64,000 nucleotides of DNA from Gemmatimonas sp. GTDB taxonomy: Bacteria > Gemmatimonadota > Gemmatimonadetes > Gemmatimonadales > Gemmatimonadaceae. The notes beneath the pieces were generated by a model. It was not told the DNA's origin. It did not search any database and saw nothing but the letters and a program-made list of their open reading frames with translations. Location of the stretch: positions 1,120,001-1,184,000 of the forward strand of contig OZ257156.1 in assembly GCA_965279375.1 (NCBI GenBank). The letters are read 5' to 3'. Below, one piece after another: positions 29,106 to 39,870 of this stretch. Within the stretch, counting starts at the first letter, position 1, and each line of letters opens with the position of its first letter. Made by a program: the position numbers and the translations under genes.

Positions 29106-29305
29106 GGGGTCAATTCTAACGGGAATCGGACGTTTCGATGGTGACATTCCCGTCGCGTTCGGTCTCCGCTGTGACACACCCCCCACAGCCGGGGTATGGC
29201 CCTATGAAGCGCACAGCAGAAGCTCCAGCAGCAGTTTCAGCGAAGACCAGCCCGACGGTGTCAGCTGCTGCTTCGGACTGTGCTCCACCATCTGCCCGAC
29301 GACCC

Positions 29306-29734
29306 ATGCGATACACGTTCCGTAAAACCGCTCCCACCGTCCTGCTTTCCGCCAGCCTGCTCGCGTTGATCGCCTGCGGCAAGGACGAAGCCATCGCCGA
29401 CCCTGACCCGTCGTCGCCGAACCAGGGCATCGTCGCCGGCACGCTCAACGTGTCAGCGGCACGCCCGAATCTGACGCTGCGCAACACCACCGAGTCGGTG
29501 GTGGGCTACATCGTCGTGGACAAGGACATGGCGGTGGTCGCGGTCTTCCCGCCCTGCGTGTCCCAGTGCGCCACGCTGGTGCAGGGCGCCTCGATCACCG
29601 TGCCTTACACGAACATCAGCGGCTACAAGTCCACGTCCACTGAAGCGATCGTGATGTGGTGGACGTACACCCGCGCCGCGGATGGCACGCTGCAAGCGAC
29701 CGGTGGTGTGCAAAGCACCAAGGTCACGCTGTAA
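29306..29734 (+). CDS. Hypothetical lipoprotein
   Basis: Lipobox LIAC and a CxxxC motif. Lies 36 bp upstream of the ECF sigma gene. Confidence 0.75.
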   Translation: MRYTFRKTAPTVLLSASLLALIACGKDEAIADPDPSSPNQGIVAGTLNVSAARPNLTLRNTTESVVGYIVVDKDMAVVAVFPPCVSQCATLVQGASITVPYTNISGYKSTSTEAIVMWWTYTRAADGTLQATGGVQSTKVTL

Positions 29735-29770
29735 GCTGGTCACGCCCTAACGTCGCGCTTCTTCGCACCC

Positions 29771-30331
29771 ATGCTTCAGCGACCGCCCTCGCTCGACCCT
29801 CGCACGCTGCGCCGCGCGCAGCAGGGCGACAGCACGGCGTTCGCTGAGCTGGTGGAGCAGTACTTTTCGCGCGCGCTGCGCTTCGCGATGCAGATGTTGT
29901 CGCGACGAGAAGATGCGGAAGAAGCGGTCCAGGACGCGTTCCTGCGCGTGCACGACAACCTCGCGCAGTTCCGCCTCGATGCGCCCTTCGATCCGTGGTT
30001 CTTTCGCATCCTCGGCAATCGCTGCCGCACACTGGCCACCAAGCGCAGTCGGCACCACGCCGTGATCGACTACGGCGATCTGCCGGCCGACGCCGCCAGC
30101 GTCGACTCCCCCGACACACCCGACCCGGCGTTCACGCGCCATCTCTACCGCGTGCTCGCCGAACTCCCCGCCGAGCAGCGCGAGGCATTTCTGCTGCATC
30201 ATGTGAACGAGATGGACTACGAAGAGATGACCATCGTGACCGGCGCCAAGGGCTCCACACTGCGCATGCGCGTGAAGCGCGCGATCGACACCCTGCGCAC
30301 GCGACTGCGCGATGGAGCTTTCCATGAGTGA
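29771..30331 (+). CDS. ECF RNA polymerase sigma factor
   Basis: Region 2 (DAEEAVQDAFL, FDPWFFRI) and region 4 (LPAEQREAFLL..YEEM) with no region 3. Confidence 0.92.
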   Translation: MLQRPPSLDPRTLRRAQQGDSTAFAELVEQYFSRALRFAMQMLSRREDAEEAVQDAFLRVHDNLAQFRLDAPFDPWFFRILGNRCRTLATKRSRHHAVIDYGDLPADAASVDSPDTPDPAFTRHLYRVLAELPAEQREAFLLHHVNEMDYEEMTIVTGAKGSTLRMRVKRAIDTLRTRLRDGAFHE

Positions 30332-31019
30332 TGCCATGAACAACTCAACGCGATCGATGGACGACCAGCGCGACGATGATGTCTTCCTGCGCCAGGTCCG
30401 CGCCGCGCTCGCACCGATGCCAACGGTCGGTCGGCGCGCCATCGCGGACATCCTCACCGCAGTCGCCCAGCGCAAACCCACGCGCACACAGCGACTCCGC
30501 ATGCATCTCGATGCATTGCTCGATCAGCTGCGCATGTCCACCTCGCCGCTCACGCGCGGTGTCGCACTGGCCAGCGCAGCGCTCGCGATCGGCTTTGTCG
30601 CACGCGGCGCCTTGCAGTCCAACAACGCCGTGTCCGCGCCCGCGACATCGCTGGCGCAATCGACGAACAGCACGACTCCCGCACCGCGAGGCACAAATGC
30701 CGCACCGCTGCAGGCAGTCGGTGGCGCAGTCGATCCCGCCGAACTTCGCGTGCCGGTGCAGTTCGTGCTGGATGCGCAGACGGTGCGCGACGCAGTTCGC
30801 GTGAGCGTGGTGGGCGATTTCAATGACTGGGATGTGGACGCCACACCGCTGGCGCGTGATGCGAACGTCTGGAGCGTCACGCTCCCCATGACACAGGGGC
30901 GCCATGTGTATGCGTTCGTCGTCGATGGCACACGCTGGATCGCCGATCCGCGCGCACCCGAAGCGAAGGACGCCGACTTCGGTCGGCCTGCCTCCGTGGT
31001 GCTGGTGCAAGCGCCATGA
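30324..31019 (+). CDS. Putative anti-sigma factor with C-terminal CBM48/AMPK-beta-like glycogen-binding domain
   Basis: Overlaps the sigma stop. One TM segment, a Ser/Thr/Pro linker, then VSVVGDFNDW..WSVTL...GRHVYAFVVDG..W.ADP..DFG. Confidence 0.8.
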   Translation: MSDAMNNSTRSMDDQRDDDVFLRQVRAALAPMPTVGRRAIADILTAVAQRKPTRTQRLRMHLDALLDQLRMSTSPLTRGVALASAALAIGFVARGALQSNNAVSAPATSLAQSTNSTTPAPRGTNAAPLQAVGGAVDPAELRVPVQFVLDAQTVRDAVRVSVVGDFNDWDVDATPLARDANVWSVTLPMTQGRHVYAFVVDGTRWIADPRAPEAKDADFGRPASVVLVQAP

Positions 31020-31738
31020 CGCTCGACATGACATTCGACATGACGCGCACGATCAAAGTCGCCGCAACGTTGCTCGCCGCAGCGATCGGCGCGCCGGAGC
31101 GCCTTGCTGCGCAGAACGTGCCGCAAGCGTACGGTGCGCAGACGAACGCTACGCTCGAACTGGTCGACGATGCGGCGGCACGCAACGCACTCCGCGCAAT
31201 CATCACTGACGCGGCGGCGAATGGGCTGCCTACCGCGCCGCTGGTCACCAAGGTGCGGGAAGGTGTGGCCAAGCGGGCGCCCGGGGAACGGATTCGCGCG
31301 GCGACCAGTCAACTCGCACAGCGACTGGCCACCGCCGCGACCGCGCTCGCGCCGATTCGCGCAGCCGATGAACCTTCCGCCGGTGCCGACGCGCTGCAGG
31401 TGGGCGTGCCCGCCTCCACGCTCACCGACATGCGCCGCCTGTGGCCGCAGAAATCGCTCACGGTACCGCTCGGCGTGTTGGCTGAAATGGTTTCGAGCGG
31501 GGTGTCGCATGCGAGCGCGTCACGCCGCGTGCGGGAGCTGCTGGTGAAGGGCGCCACTTCGTCCCAGTTGGCAGCTCTTGGAACGAATGTGCGAGCCGAT
31601 ATCGCGGCAGGACTCGCGCCGGACGCGGCGATGGAAGTACGATCGAGGGGTGTGCTTTCTCTTCTTTATCAGAGCGCGTCACCGTCGGCCCCAACCATCA
31701 CCGCGCCCGCAGGGACACCAATCCGGCCGCGACCGTAG
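31016..31738 (+). CDS. Exported helical hypothetical protein
   Basis: Signal-like N-terminus, 'GLPTAPLVTKVREGVAK' and an ATGA overlap with the upstream gene. Confidence 0.75.
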   Translation: MTLDMTFDMTRTIKVAATLLAAAIGAPERLAAQNVPQAYGAQTNATLELVDDAAARNALRAIITDAAANGLPTAPLVTKVREGVAKRAPGERIRAATSQLAQRLATAATALAPIRAADEPSAGADALQVGVPASTLTDMRRLWPQKSLTVPLGVLAEMVSSGVSHASASRRVRELLVKGATSSQLAALGTNVRADIAAGLAPDAAMEVRSRGVLSLLYQSASPSAPTITAPAGTPIRPRP

Positions 31739-31808
31739 CGGCCGCGCGACGGTCTCTCCATTCGGAGTCGCCGCCACGACGTTCGCGTTCCGTTTCGCGG
31801 CGTACGGC

Positions 31809-32984
31809 GTGATCGTGTTCGCGGCATTGGTCGGCGTATCCTCCCGCGCGTCGGCCCAGTCCAGTGCGCGCGATCGCATGACGTTCTGGATTGATGCGGG
31901 CGGTGCCGCGGTACAGCAGCCGGCAAGCCGTTCGCGCGCCGCCGGCACACTCGGTGGTGGCATGTGGTTGAGTGGACGTCGCATCTCGCTGGGTGCGGAT
32001 GCGGGCGGTACGACGGCCGATGACAGCGTGGCGGCCACGCAAGGCGTGCTGCGTGCGCAGTTCGCCGCGACACGTTGGTCGTTGAGCACGGCGGAAGTCA
32101 GTGCGACGAGCATTGGCCTCACACTCCCCGGATCGAACGGCAATCGCAGCGCGTTGCTGCGACAATCGATCTCGCGTGACGCAGTGAGCGTGTTTGCGGG
32201 CGCGGGCATCAGCCGCACATCACGCTATGCACTCGAAAGCCACGGGGCGGTGCAGCAGGTGGGCGCGACGGCCGCGCATCGCGGCGCAGTGGCAGCGTTC
32301 ACGTGGCAGCGCTCCACCAGCAACGATTGGCAGTTGATGGAGGCCGCAGGCATCGTGCTGCGACGCGCGGCGCGTTCGTACGAGCTGCACGACGCCACCG
32401 TCGATGTGTCGTGGCGGTCCGAGCGCGCGACCCTGAGCGCGAGCCAGAGCTGGCGTGCCGGCGCGGGTGCAACGAGCGGCCGAGGCCACGGATTCGCGCT
32501 GCTCGCCGCGTGGCAACTCTCGGCCAACACACAGCTGATCGCCCAGAGCGGCCGACAGCTGGCCGACGCGCTGCGCGGCGTGCCGCAAGCTCGATACACG
32601 GGATTGGCGGTGCGCTGGACGTTGGGCACTGGTCGTGCGCTGCGCGCGCGCGCACTCGGCGATGTGGCATCGCCTGCGGACATCGTCAGGCGCACGGTGA
32701 CGGGCGCCGAGTTGCAGCTGACGCCGCGGGAAGGCGGTGCGGATGCAACGGTGAGTATCGTGGCGCCGGAAGGCGCCGTGGTGGAGATCGCGACCAGCGC
32801 CAATGACTGGGCGCCGCAGCTGCTCACGCGGAGTGGCACCGCATTCGTCGTGCGCCTTTCGCTGACCAGCGGGTCGCATCGGGTGGCCGTCCGGGTGAAC
32901 GGCGGTGCATGGCGGGCACCACGCGGGCTGTCGGTGGTGAGCGATGACTTCGGCGGTAGCGCGGGGCTCGTCGTCGTCCCTTGA
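31809..32984 (+). CDS. Exported protein (possible beta-barrel) with C-terminal glycogen-binding-like domain
   Basis: Signal ending ASA-Q and amphipathic beta-strand pattern. C-terminus VEIATSANDW..GSHRVAVRVNGGAW..DDFGG. Start is uncertain; the ORF is open from 31578. Confidence 0.7.
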   Translation: MIVFAALVGVSSRASAQSSARDRMTFWIDAGGAAVQQPASRSRAAGTLGGGMWLSGRRISLGADAGGTTADDSVAATQGVLRAQFAATRWSLSTAEVSATSIGLTLPGSNGNRSALLRQSISRDAVSVFAGAGISRTSRYALESHGAVQQVGATAAHRGAVAAFTWQRSTSNDWQLMEAAGIVLRRAARSYELHDATVDVSWRSERATLSASQSWRAGAGATSGRGHGFALLAAWQLSANTQLIAQSGRQLADALRGVPQARYTGLAVRWTLGTGRALRARALGDVASPADIVRRTVTGAELQLTPREGGADATVSIVAPEGAVVEIATSANDWAPQLLTRSGTAFVVRLSLTSGSHRVAVRVNGGAWRAPRGLSVVSDDFGGSAGLVVVP

Positions 32985-33211
32985 TCGCTGCTCGCACACC
33001 GTTTACGGCGTGGCCCATCGACTCATCACGGATCGTGCACCGCTCTCACCAGAGACGGGCAGCCGCGCTCCGGCGCCGATCTGTGACCCTCGTGCCAGCC
33101 GCGTGACAGTGCGGACGACCACGATGTCCGATTTCGGGTTAGCGGCGTGACGGTGCGGCGAACCAAGCGTCCCACTATGGCGCGTGAATGCTCGCCCACC
33201 TTTTCGCCCGA

Positions 33212-34594
33212 ATGCCCTCCTCCATGTCATCCACCAACGCGAAGCCACGCTCAATTGGAGAGTTGGTTGCGCACACGCTCGAGACGACCGTGCTGCGCGA
33301 TGAGCCGTTGTCTCCTGAACAGGTGGACGGCGCCGTTGCGGCACTGCGTACCGCGCTCGCAACGCGCGACTTGGTGCTGCTGGTGGAGAAGCACGGGTTG
33401 ATGGTCAACGGCGACGAGGTCAGTTCGTCGAGCGCCGTGCGACTGCTGCATCGCCTTGCCGCCGTTCGTATTCGCCGCGTGCGGATCGAAGCGGCGGTGC
33501 GCGATCAGGACCTCGCCGCGATGCTCGGCGCGTTGCAGGGCAAGGACGCCGATGCGATTTCCGACGAGCTGCGCTCGCGCCGACTGGCCGGTGTGTCCAT
33601 CGAGTTGCGCGATAGCCCGATGGTGCCGGCGATGGCGATTCCCGAGCCGGATCCCGAGCCGGAGCCCGAGTCGGAAGCGGAGAGCACGGACGTCTTTCCG
33701 GACGCCACCGTCGCTCTCGAGGCACCGGCGCCCAAGGCTGCGGTCGCGCTCGATGACGCGCTGTGGGACGTGCCGGTCGATCCCGAGCTGCAGGCGCGCC
33801 AGCAACGGCAGGACAATGCCTACGCTGCGGAACTCTTCGCCAAGTTGCTGTCGGCGCAGGCACCAGCGGATCGCCAGTATCTCTTCGGCGCACTCGTACG
33901 CCTGGACGGCAGCGTGGCGTTCCTCGAAGCGTGTCTCTCGCACGAGCGCCCGCACGTCGTGGTGACGGCACTGGCGCTGCTGCGCGCGAAGAACTCGCAG
34001 GAGTCGAGCCTGGCCATCGCGGAACTCATGCGCCACGCCGACAGCAGTGTACGGTTAAACGCCGTGAAGGCCATGAGTACGCTGGCGACGCCCGTGTGCT
34101 GGAACGCGCTGCAGGTTGGCCTGTTCGACAAGGTGCTCGAGATCCGGATGGCTTGCCTGCTGGCGTTCGATGCCAAGGCGGATGCGCTCCCTGCCGCCGT
34201 GATGCGCACGCTGCTGGCGCGCGAGACCGGCGAGGAGATGCTCGTGCAGATCATCGAGCGCATGGGGCGCTACAAGTCGCACGAAGTCAGCCGTGCGCTG
34301 GCCAAGGCCACGGTCCTGCAGATCAAGGAACGCGGCTCGATCAGCATCCTGCGTGCGTTGCTCGAACAGTTGGCCGTGCACCAGCCACCGATCGCGCGTC
34401 GGCTGGCGCACTACCTGCGCGATTCGCCCAACCCGATGCGCGGTGCGCTTGGTGACGAGATCTATCGTCGCACGTTGAGTGGCGGTACGCGCCGAGACAG
34501 CGGCGCCAACGAGGCGCAGGATGCCGACGCGCTGCTGGGCGACGCGTCCGGCGATGACATGTTCAGCGAGATGGGACTCGGCAACGTCGCGTAG
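33212..34594 (+). CDS. HEAT-repeat-containing protein
   Basis: Helical repeats (LSHERPHVVVTAL, MRHADSSVRLNAVKAM, LFDKVLEIRMACL) and an acidic PE linker. Confidence 0.7.
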   Translation: MPSSMSSTNAKPRSIGELVAHTLETTVLRDEPLSPEQVDGAVAALRTALATRDLVLLVEKHGLMVNGDEVSSSSAVRLLHRLAAVRIRRVRIEAAVRDQDLAAMLGALQGKDADAISDELRSRRLAGVSIELRDSPMVPAMAIPEPDPEPEPESEAESTDVFPDATVALEAPAPKAAVALDDALWDVPVDPELQARQQRQDNAYAAELFAKLLSAQAPADRQYLFGALVRLDGSVAFLEACLSHERPHVVVTALALLRAKNSQESSLAIAELMRHADSSVRLNAVKAMSTLATPVCWNALQVGLFDKVLEIRMACLLAFDAKADALPAAVMRTLLARETGEEMLVQIIERMGRYKSHEVSRALAKATVLQIKERGSISILRALLEQLAVHQPPIARRLAHYLRDSPNPMRGALGDEIYRRTLSGGTRRDSGANEAQDADALLGDASGDDMFSEMGLGNVA

Positions 34595-34727
34595 ACCGTG
34601 CTGGCCCTGCATGCATCAGCGGCGTGCCGTCAACTCGACGACACGCCGCTGTCTGCTTTTTGTCTGCTGGCGACCACCACGCTCCGTCAAACGCGATCGC
34701 GTCGGACGGAGCGCAGTCGATTGAACG

Positions 34728-37700
34728 TCAGTTGGTCGGCACCGTGAAAGTCAGCTTCGCCTTGGCCATGTTCGCCGAGAGCAGCTTGGCCTTGGCCAGA
34801 ACGGCGCGCGCTTCGATCGTCGCCTTGGCCAGCGCGGCCTTGGCATCGACACCCTGCTTCACGACGGAGGCGCTGGGGACTTCCCAGATGCCTTGCATCG
34901 CGGCCTTGGCCGTGCCCACGCGCCCGAGCGCGTTGGCCTGCGCCGCCGCCTGAGCCGCTGCGGCTCCAGCACCACCGCCTCCACCGCCGCCGCCAAAGCC
35001 ACCACCGATTGCCGGCGGCACGCCGAACTTCACACGGACCGAGTCGAACGCCTTCCGGAAATCGGCGAACTCCGTCTTCACCGCCGCTGGAGTGCTCGCC
35101 GAGTCGACCTGCGGCGCGATGCGATTCACTTCGGTGAAGAGCGCGCTCAGCTGCGACGCGATGACCGTACCCGCGCGCTGCGCCTCATGCAGGTCGGTGA
35201 TGGCCGCGTTGTAGGCCACGCGGGCCGCGCCGGTCAGCGGAATCTCCGGGTCCATCGTGATCGTGAGCGGCTTGCTGGCCACCACCTTGCCGTCGGTCAC
35301 GAGCGAGACCGTGTAGGTGCCGGGAAGCACCTGCGGACCGGTGTTCGTCTGCCCGCCGCCACCAAAGCCACCGCCACCGCCAAAGGCCGCGCCGCCCGCA
35401 GGGGCGCACGGATTCTCCGCCAGATAGCCAATCGGCGGCAGCGGAACCGGCATCCCCGGAATTGCGCGGCCACCCGCACCACCGGGACCGCCAGGACCCG
35501 CGCCGCGTCCGCCGCCAGCACCCGCTGCTGCGGCACCCGGACCACCGCGACCCGCTGCCGCGACCGCCGGCACCGGCTCAACCCGATGATCCCAGCACAC
35601 CGTCTGGATGCCCGCCACGTTGCGCGCGTCGGGAATCGGCAGCTCACGCACCAGCTTTCCGGCCGTCGTGCTGATGCGGAGCAACGGCTTCACCGCCGGC
35701 TTGGCGAGGTGCAGCTGCAGCACCGCTTCGGTCGGCGGGTTTTCGCCGGTGAAGAAGCTGTGTCCCCAGAACTCGTCGTTGCGATCGTCCTTGCTCTTCC
35801 ACTGCAGCGCGAGGCCGGGCGTGAACAACGCGGCGTCGGCCTTGGAGGCCGCCGCGTATTCCTGAATCGGCTCGAGATGATCGAGCACCCAGATCGCGCG
35901 GCCGTGCGTGGCCACCAGCAGCGCGTTGTCGCGCGGGTGAATCGTCAGCTCGTCCACACGCACGTCCGGGAAGTTGGCCTTGAGCCGCTTCCACGTCGCA
36001 CCGCGATCGAGCGACAACATGATGCCCGTTTCGGTGCCGACGTACAGCACATCGGGATTGCGCGTGTCTTCGGTGATCGTGCGGACGACCTCGCCCTTGA
36101 GCCCCGACGCAAGCGAACGGAACGTCGCGCCACCATCCGTCGTCACCCACAGATACGGGTCGTAGTCGTTCTGGCGGTAGTTGGTGACGGCGACGTACGC
36201 GACCTTCGCATCAAAGCGCGACGGCGCCACACGCGATACGAACGCGTGTCCCGACGGGAAGCCCGGCAGGCGGCCGGTGATGTTCGTCCACGTCTTGCCG
36301 TTGTCGGTCGACATGCTGACGGTGCCGTCGTCGGTGCCGGCGTAGTAGATGCCCGGCTGCTTGGGCGATTCGCCCAGCGCGACGATCGTCGGCCACGCGG
36401 AGATGCCGTCGTTGCGCGAGATCGTGATGCTCGCACCCATCACGCCCATGGTGACAATGCTATCGCGCTTCTCGTTCTTGGTGAGATCGGGGCTGATGGC
36501 CACCCACGAATCACCACGATCGGTCGAGCGAAACACACGATTCGCGGCTGCCAACAACACACCCGGATTGCTCGGCGACAACATCAGCGGCGTATCCCAA
36601 TGGAAGCGATACGTCTCGCCAGCTGTGAAGTTGGTGACGTTCTGCGCCGTGGGACGGATGCTCTTGGATTCGCCGGTGACGATGTTGCGGCGAATCATGT
36701 TGCCGTCCTGCGACTCGGTGTACACGATGCGCGCATCGCGCAGATCCGGAATGGCGACGAAGCCGTCGCCGCCGAGAATCTGGAACCAGTCGTAGTTGAA
36801 AATGCCGCGACTCATGCGCGACGCACTCGGTCCGCACCAATCGTAGTTGTCCTGCATGCCGCCGCAGATCTTGTACGGCAGCGACATGTCATAGCTCACA
36901 TGGTAGAACAGGCCGACCGGAATGTTCTCGATGAAGCGCCACGTGCGCGCCATGTCGTACGACGCGGCCACACCACCGTCGTTGCCGATCACGATATGGT
37001 CGGCGTTCTTCGGGTCGATCCAGATCGCGTGCACGTCATCATGCGTGACGAGCGCCGCGTCCGCTTCGAAGGTCTTGCCGCCGTCCACCGACATGTGCAG
37101 GCCAACGCCGCCCATGTAGATGCGATCGGCGTTGGTGGGATCGATGCGCAGCTGACTGAAATACATCGGACGGGCGTTGGTGCCGCTCTGCTTGGTCCAC
37201 GTCGCGCCGCCATCGTTGGAGCGATAGACGCCCGTGATGAACGCGCCACCCGCCGGTGCTGCTGGTGCAGCGCCTTCCGCGCCTTCCGCTGCAGCCGGGC
37301 GACCCGCGCCCGCCGGTCCTTCCACGCTCGCGTACACGATGTTCGCGTCGCCGCGATACACGTCCACAGCGATGCGACCGAGCGGACCGGTGGGGAAGCC
37401 GGTGCCAGTCACCTTGGTCCACGTCGCGCCACCGTCAGTGCTCTTGTGGAGCGCGCTGCCGGGACCGCCACCGTTCATGCAGCAGGTCGTGCGACGCCGC
37501 TGATACATCGACGCGAACATGATGTTCGGATCGGTCGCCGACATCGCGAGATCGTTGGCGCCGGTGTCGTCGTCGCCCGCGAGTACACGCGACCACGTCA
37601 TGCCGCCGTCGGTCGTGCGATAGATGCCGCGCTCACCGCCCGGACCAAACAGCGGGCCCGTCGCTGCGACGAGTACGATGTTGTTGTCGTTCGGATTGAT

Positions 37701-38168
37701 GAGAATGCGATTGATGTGCTTCGACGTGGGAAGCCCCATCAGCGCGAACGTCTTGCCACCATCAGTCGACTTGTAGACGCCGCTGCCCCACGAGGTACTC
37801 TGGCGATTGTTGGACTCGCCGGTGCCCACCCACACGAGATCAGGATTCTTCTGCGACACGGCCACGTCGCCGATGGCCATGAGGCCATTGTCCTGAAAGA
37901 GCGGGGTGAACATCGTGCCGCCGCTCGTCGTCTTCCAGACACCGCCGTGCGCGGTGCCTACGTAGTAAATCGCCGGATTGGCTTCATACACGGCGAGGTC
38001 CGCCACGCGTCCCGACATCGTGGCCGGTCCGACGGAACGGAAGTGCAGCTTGGAGAATTCCTGCGCGACAGGAATAGCGGTCGACTGCGCGCGGACGGCG
38101 GTCGCCACCAGCAAGAGTGCGCTGGCGGTAGCCGCCGTAACGGCAACGGAGACACGGCGGAGAGGCAT
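34728..38168 (-). CDS. BNR/Asp-box (VPS10/sortilin-like) beta-propeller glycosyl-hydrolase-like protein
   Basis: Many S.DGG.TW Asp-boxes, FRSVGP..MSGRV, GGMQDN and ATHGR motifs. Signal peptide present. Confidence 0.88.
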   Translation of the reverse strand: MPLRRVSVAVTAATASALLLVATAVRAQSTAIPVAQEFSKLHFRSVGPATMSGRVADLAVYEANPAIYYVGTAHGGVWKTTSGGTMFTPLFQDNGLMAIGDVAVSQKNPDLVWVGTGESNNRQSTSWGSGVYKSTDGGKTFALMGLPTSKHINRILINPNDNNIVLVAATGPLFGPGGERGIYRTTDGGMTWSRVLAGDDDTGANDLAMSATDPNIMFASMYQRRRTTCCMNGGGPGSALHKSTDGGATWTKVTGTGFPTGPLGRIAVDVYRGDANIVYASVEGPAGAGRPAAAEGAEGAAPAAPAGGAFITGVYRSNDGGATWTKQSGTNARPMYFSQLRIDPTNADRIYMGGVGLHMSVDGGKTFEADAALVTHDDVHAIWIDPKNADHIVIGNDGGVAASYDMARTWRFIENIPVGLFYHVSYDMSLPYKICGGMQDNYDWCGPSASRMSRGIFNYDWFQILGGDGFVAIPDLRDARIVYTESQDGNMIRRNIVTGESKSIRPTAQNVTNFTAGETYRFHWDTPLMLSPSNPGVLLAAANRVFRSTDRGDSWVAISPDLTKNEKRDSIVTMGVMGASITISRNDGISAWPTIVALGESPKQPGIYYAGTDDGTVSMSTDNGKTWTNITGRLPGFPSGHAFVSRVAPSRFDAKVAYVAVTNYRQNDYDPYLWVTTDGGATFRSLASGLKGEVVRTITEDTRNPDVLYVGTETGIMLSLDRGATWKRLKANFPDVRVDELTIHPRDNALLVATHGRAIWVLDHLEPIQEYAAASKADAALFTPGLALQWKSKDDRNDEFWGHSFFTGENPPTEAVLQLHLAKPAVKPLLRISTTAGKLVRELPIPDARNVAGIQTVCWDHRVEPVPAVAAAGRGGPGAAAAGAGGGRGAGPGGPGGAGGRAIPGMPVPLPPIGYLAENPCAPAGGAAFGGGGGFGGGGQTNTGPQVLPGTYTVSLVTDGKVVASKPLTITMDPEIPLTGAARVAYNAAITDLHEAQRAGTVIASQLSALFTEVNRIAPQVDSASTPAAVKTEFADFRKAFDSVRVKFGVPPAIGGGFGGGGGGGGAGAAAAQAAAQANALGRVGTAKAAMQGIWEVPSASVVKQGVDAKAALAKATIEARAVLAKAKLLSANMAKAKLTFTVPTN

Positions 38169-38291
38169 GGATGTCGAACGGTGCGGGGGACAGGACCTGC
38201 GCAGATCCCGACGTTAACGCCCGCCCGGCACCGTTCGCTACCAAGACGCGCTCGCGAGCTCCGCGAGTGCGTCTTTGGCGAGCGCGGGGTC

Positions 38292-39737
38292 TTACCGGTG
38301 CATCAGGTACTCGAGCACGTCAAAGCGCGTCACGATCCCCTGCACGACCCCGTCCTTCTTCATCAGCACGGCACGGTTGCTCTTGCTGAGCAGCTTGGCC
38401 ACGCCTTCCACCGGCGAATCGGCGTCCACGGTCGGGAACGGCTGGTCCATCACGTCACTGACGGTCTGATCGAGCACCCGCGCATCGGCCAGGCTTTTGC
38501 TCGTCAGCTGGGACTCGGCGACGCTCCCCACGCAAACGCTGCCATCCATGACCGGCACCTGCGACACATCGTGCAGCGCCATCAGGCGAATGGCCTGACG
38601 CACCGTTGCACCGGGCGACACGCTGATCATGGCCGGCGCCGAGGTGTCCTTGCGGCCGAGTACCGACTCGATCGACGTGGTGGTGGCGTCGAGCATCTGG
38701 TTCTCGCGCATCCACTCGTCGTTGAAGACCTTGCTGAGGTAGCGCTCGCCGGTGTCGCAGAGGAAGGTGACCACGCACGCGTTCGGATCATCGACGCGGC
38801 GCGCGACCGTCAGCGCGGCGTGTGCGATCATGCCGGCCGAGCCGCCAACGAAGATGCCTTCCTCGCGCGTGAGCTTGCGCGCCATCGCGAAGGCGTCCTT
38901 GTCGTTGACCGTGATGAACTCGTCGATCACGCTCATGTCGAGCGTGTGCGGCACGCAGTCCTGGCCCACGCCTTCCACCTTGTACGGCGCGCCGGTGTGG
39001 TGCCCTTCGCCGTTCGAACGCCAGAGCGCGGCCAGCACGGAGCCCTGCGGATCAGCGGCGATGATCTTGATGTTCGGGTTCATCGACTTGAGGTAGCGCC
39101 CGACACCCGAGATCGTGCCACCGGTGCCAGCGCCCGCGATGAAATGCGTGATGCGCCCTTCCGTCTGCTCCCACAACTCAGGCCCCGTTGTTGCAACGTG
39201 TGCATCGGGGTTGGCCTCGTTGTCGAACTGTCCGGCCAGTACCGCGCCCGGCGTTTCAGCAGCGATGCGCTTGGCCATCATCACGTAGTTCTGCGGATGA
39301 TCGTGCGCGACTGCGGTGGGCGTGATGATCACTTCGGCGCCGAACGCCTTGAGCAGGCGCACCTTCTCCTGCGACATCTTGTCGGGCATCGTGAAGATGC
39401 ACTTGTAGCCCTTGAGCGCGGCTGCGATCGCCAGACCGACGCCGGTGTTTCCGCTCGTCGCCTCGACGATGGTACCACCCGGCTTGAGACGTCCCGACTT
39501 TTCGTGCGACTCGATCAGCGGCATGCCGATCCGGTCCTTCACGCTGCCGCCCGGATTGAAATAGTCGGCCTTGCCATAGACCGGTGTTCTCAATCCCTTG
39601 GCGACGCGGCTCAGGCGGATCAACGGCGTCCAGCCGATGGTATCCAGCACACTGTCGTAGGGGCGGCGGTGCCGAAGGTGTTCTACGGGAAGACGGTCGG
39701 CATCGGTGTTCCGTTCGGTCGGGAGTGTCGTCGCCAT
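38292..39737 (-). CDS. Cystathionine beta-synthase (PLP enzyme plus CBS pair)
   Basis: NPGGSVKDR, EATSGNTG, GAGTGGT and CDTGERYLSK motifs, followed by tandem CBS domains. Confidence 0.9.
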   Translation of the reverse strand: MATTLPTERNTDADRLPVEHLRHRRPYDSVLDTIGWTPLIRLSRVAKGLRTPVYGKADYFNPGGSVKDRIGMPLIESHEKSGRLKPGGTIVEATSGNTGVGLAIAAALKGYKCIFTMPDKMSQEKVRLLKAFGAEVIITPTAVAHDHPQNYVMMAKRIAAETPGAVLAGQFDNEANPDAHVATTGPELWEQTEGRITHFIAGAGTGGTISGVGRYLKSMNPNIKIIAADPQGSVLAALWRSNGEGHHTGAPYKVEGVGQDCVPHTLDMSVIDEFITVNDKDAFAMARKLTREEGIFVGGSAGMIAHAALTVARRVDDPNACVVTFLCDTGERYLSKVFNDEWMRENQMLDATTTSIESVLGRKDTSAPAMISVSPGATVRQAIRLMALHDVSQVPVMDGSVCVGSVAESQLTSKSLADARVLDQTVSDVMDQPFPTVDADSPVEGVAKLLSKSNRAVLMKKDGVVQGIVTRFDVLEYLMHR

Positions 39738-39870
39738 GATACTGGTCTCACCACAGGAAGTGGTCGGCGAGCGCCGACCGGCAGGAGAACGACGCCTGAT
39801 CAGCTGTCCCGTTACGTCGTTCACGCGCCAAATCTACACCCCAGCCGGCACTTCGGCGTTATCATCTGCC

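Noticed and set aside
26634..29144. 836-aa plus-strand ORF, and similar long antisense ORFs at 3045-4577, 17080-18909 and 55127-56779
   Set aside because: These are shadows of well-supported genes on the opposite strand.
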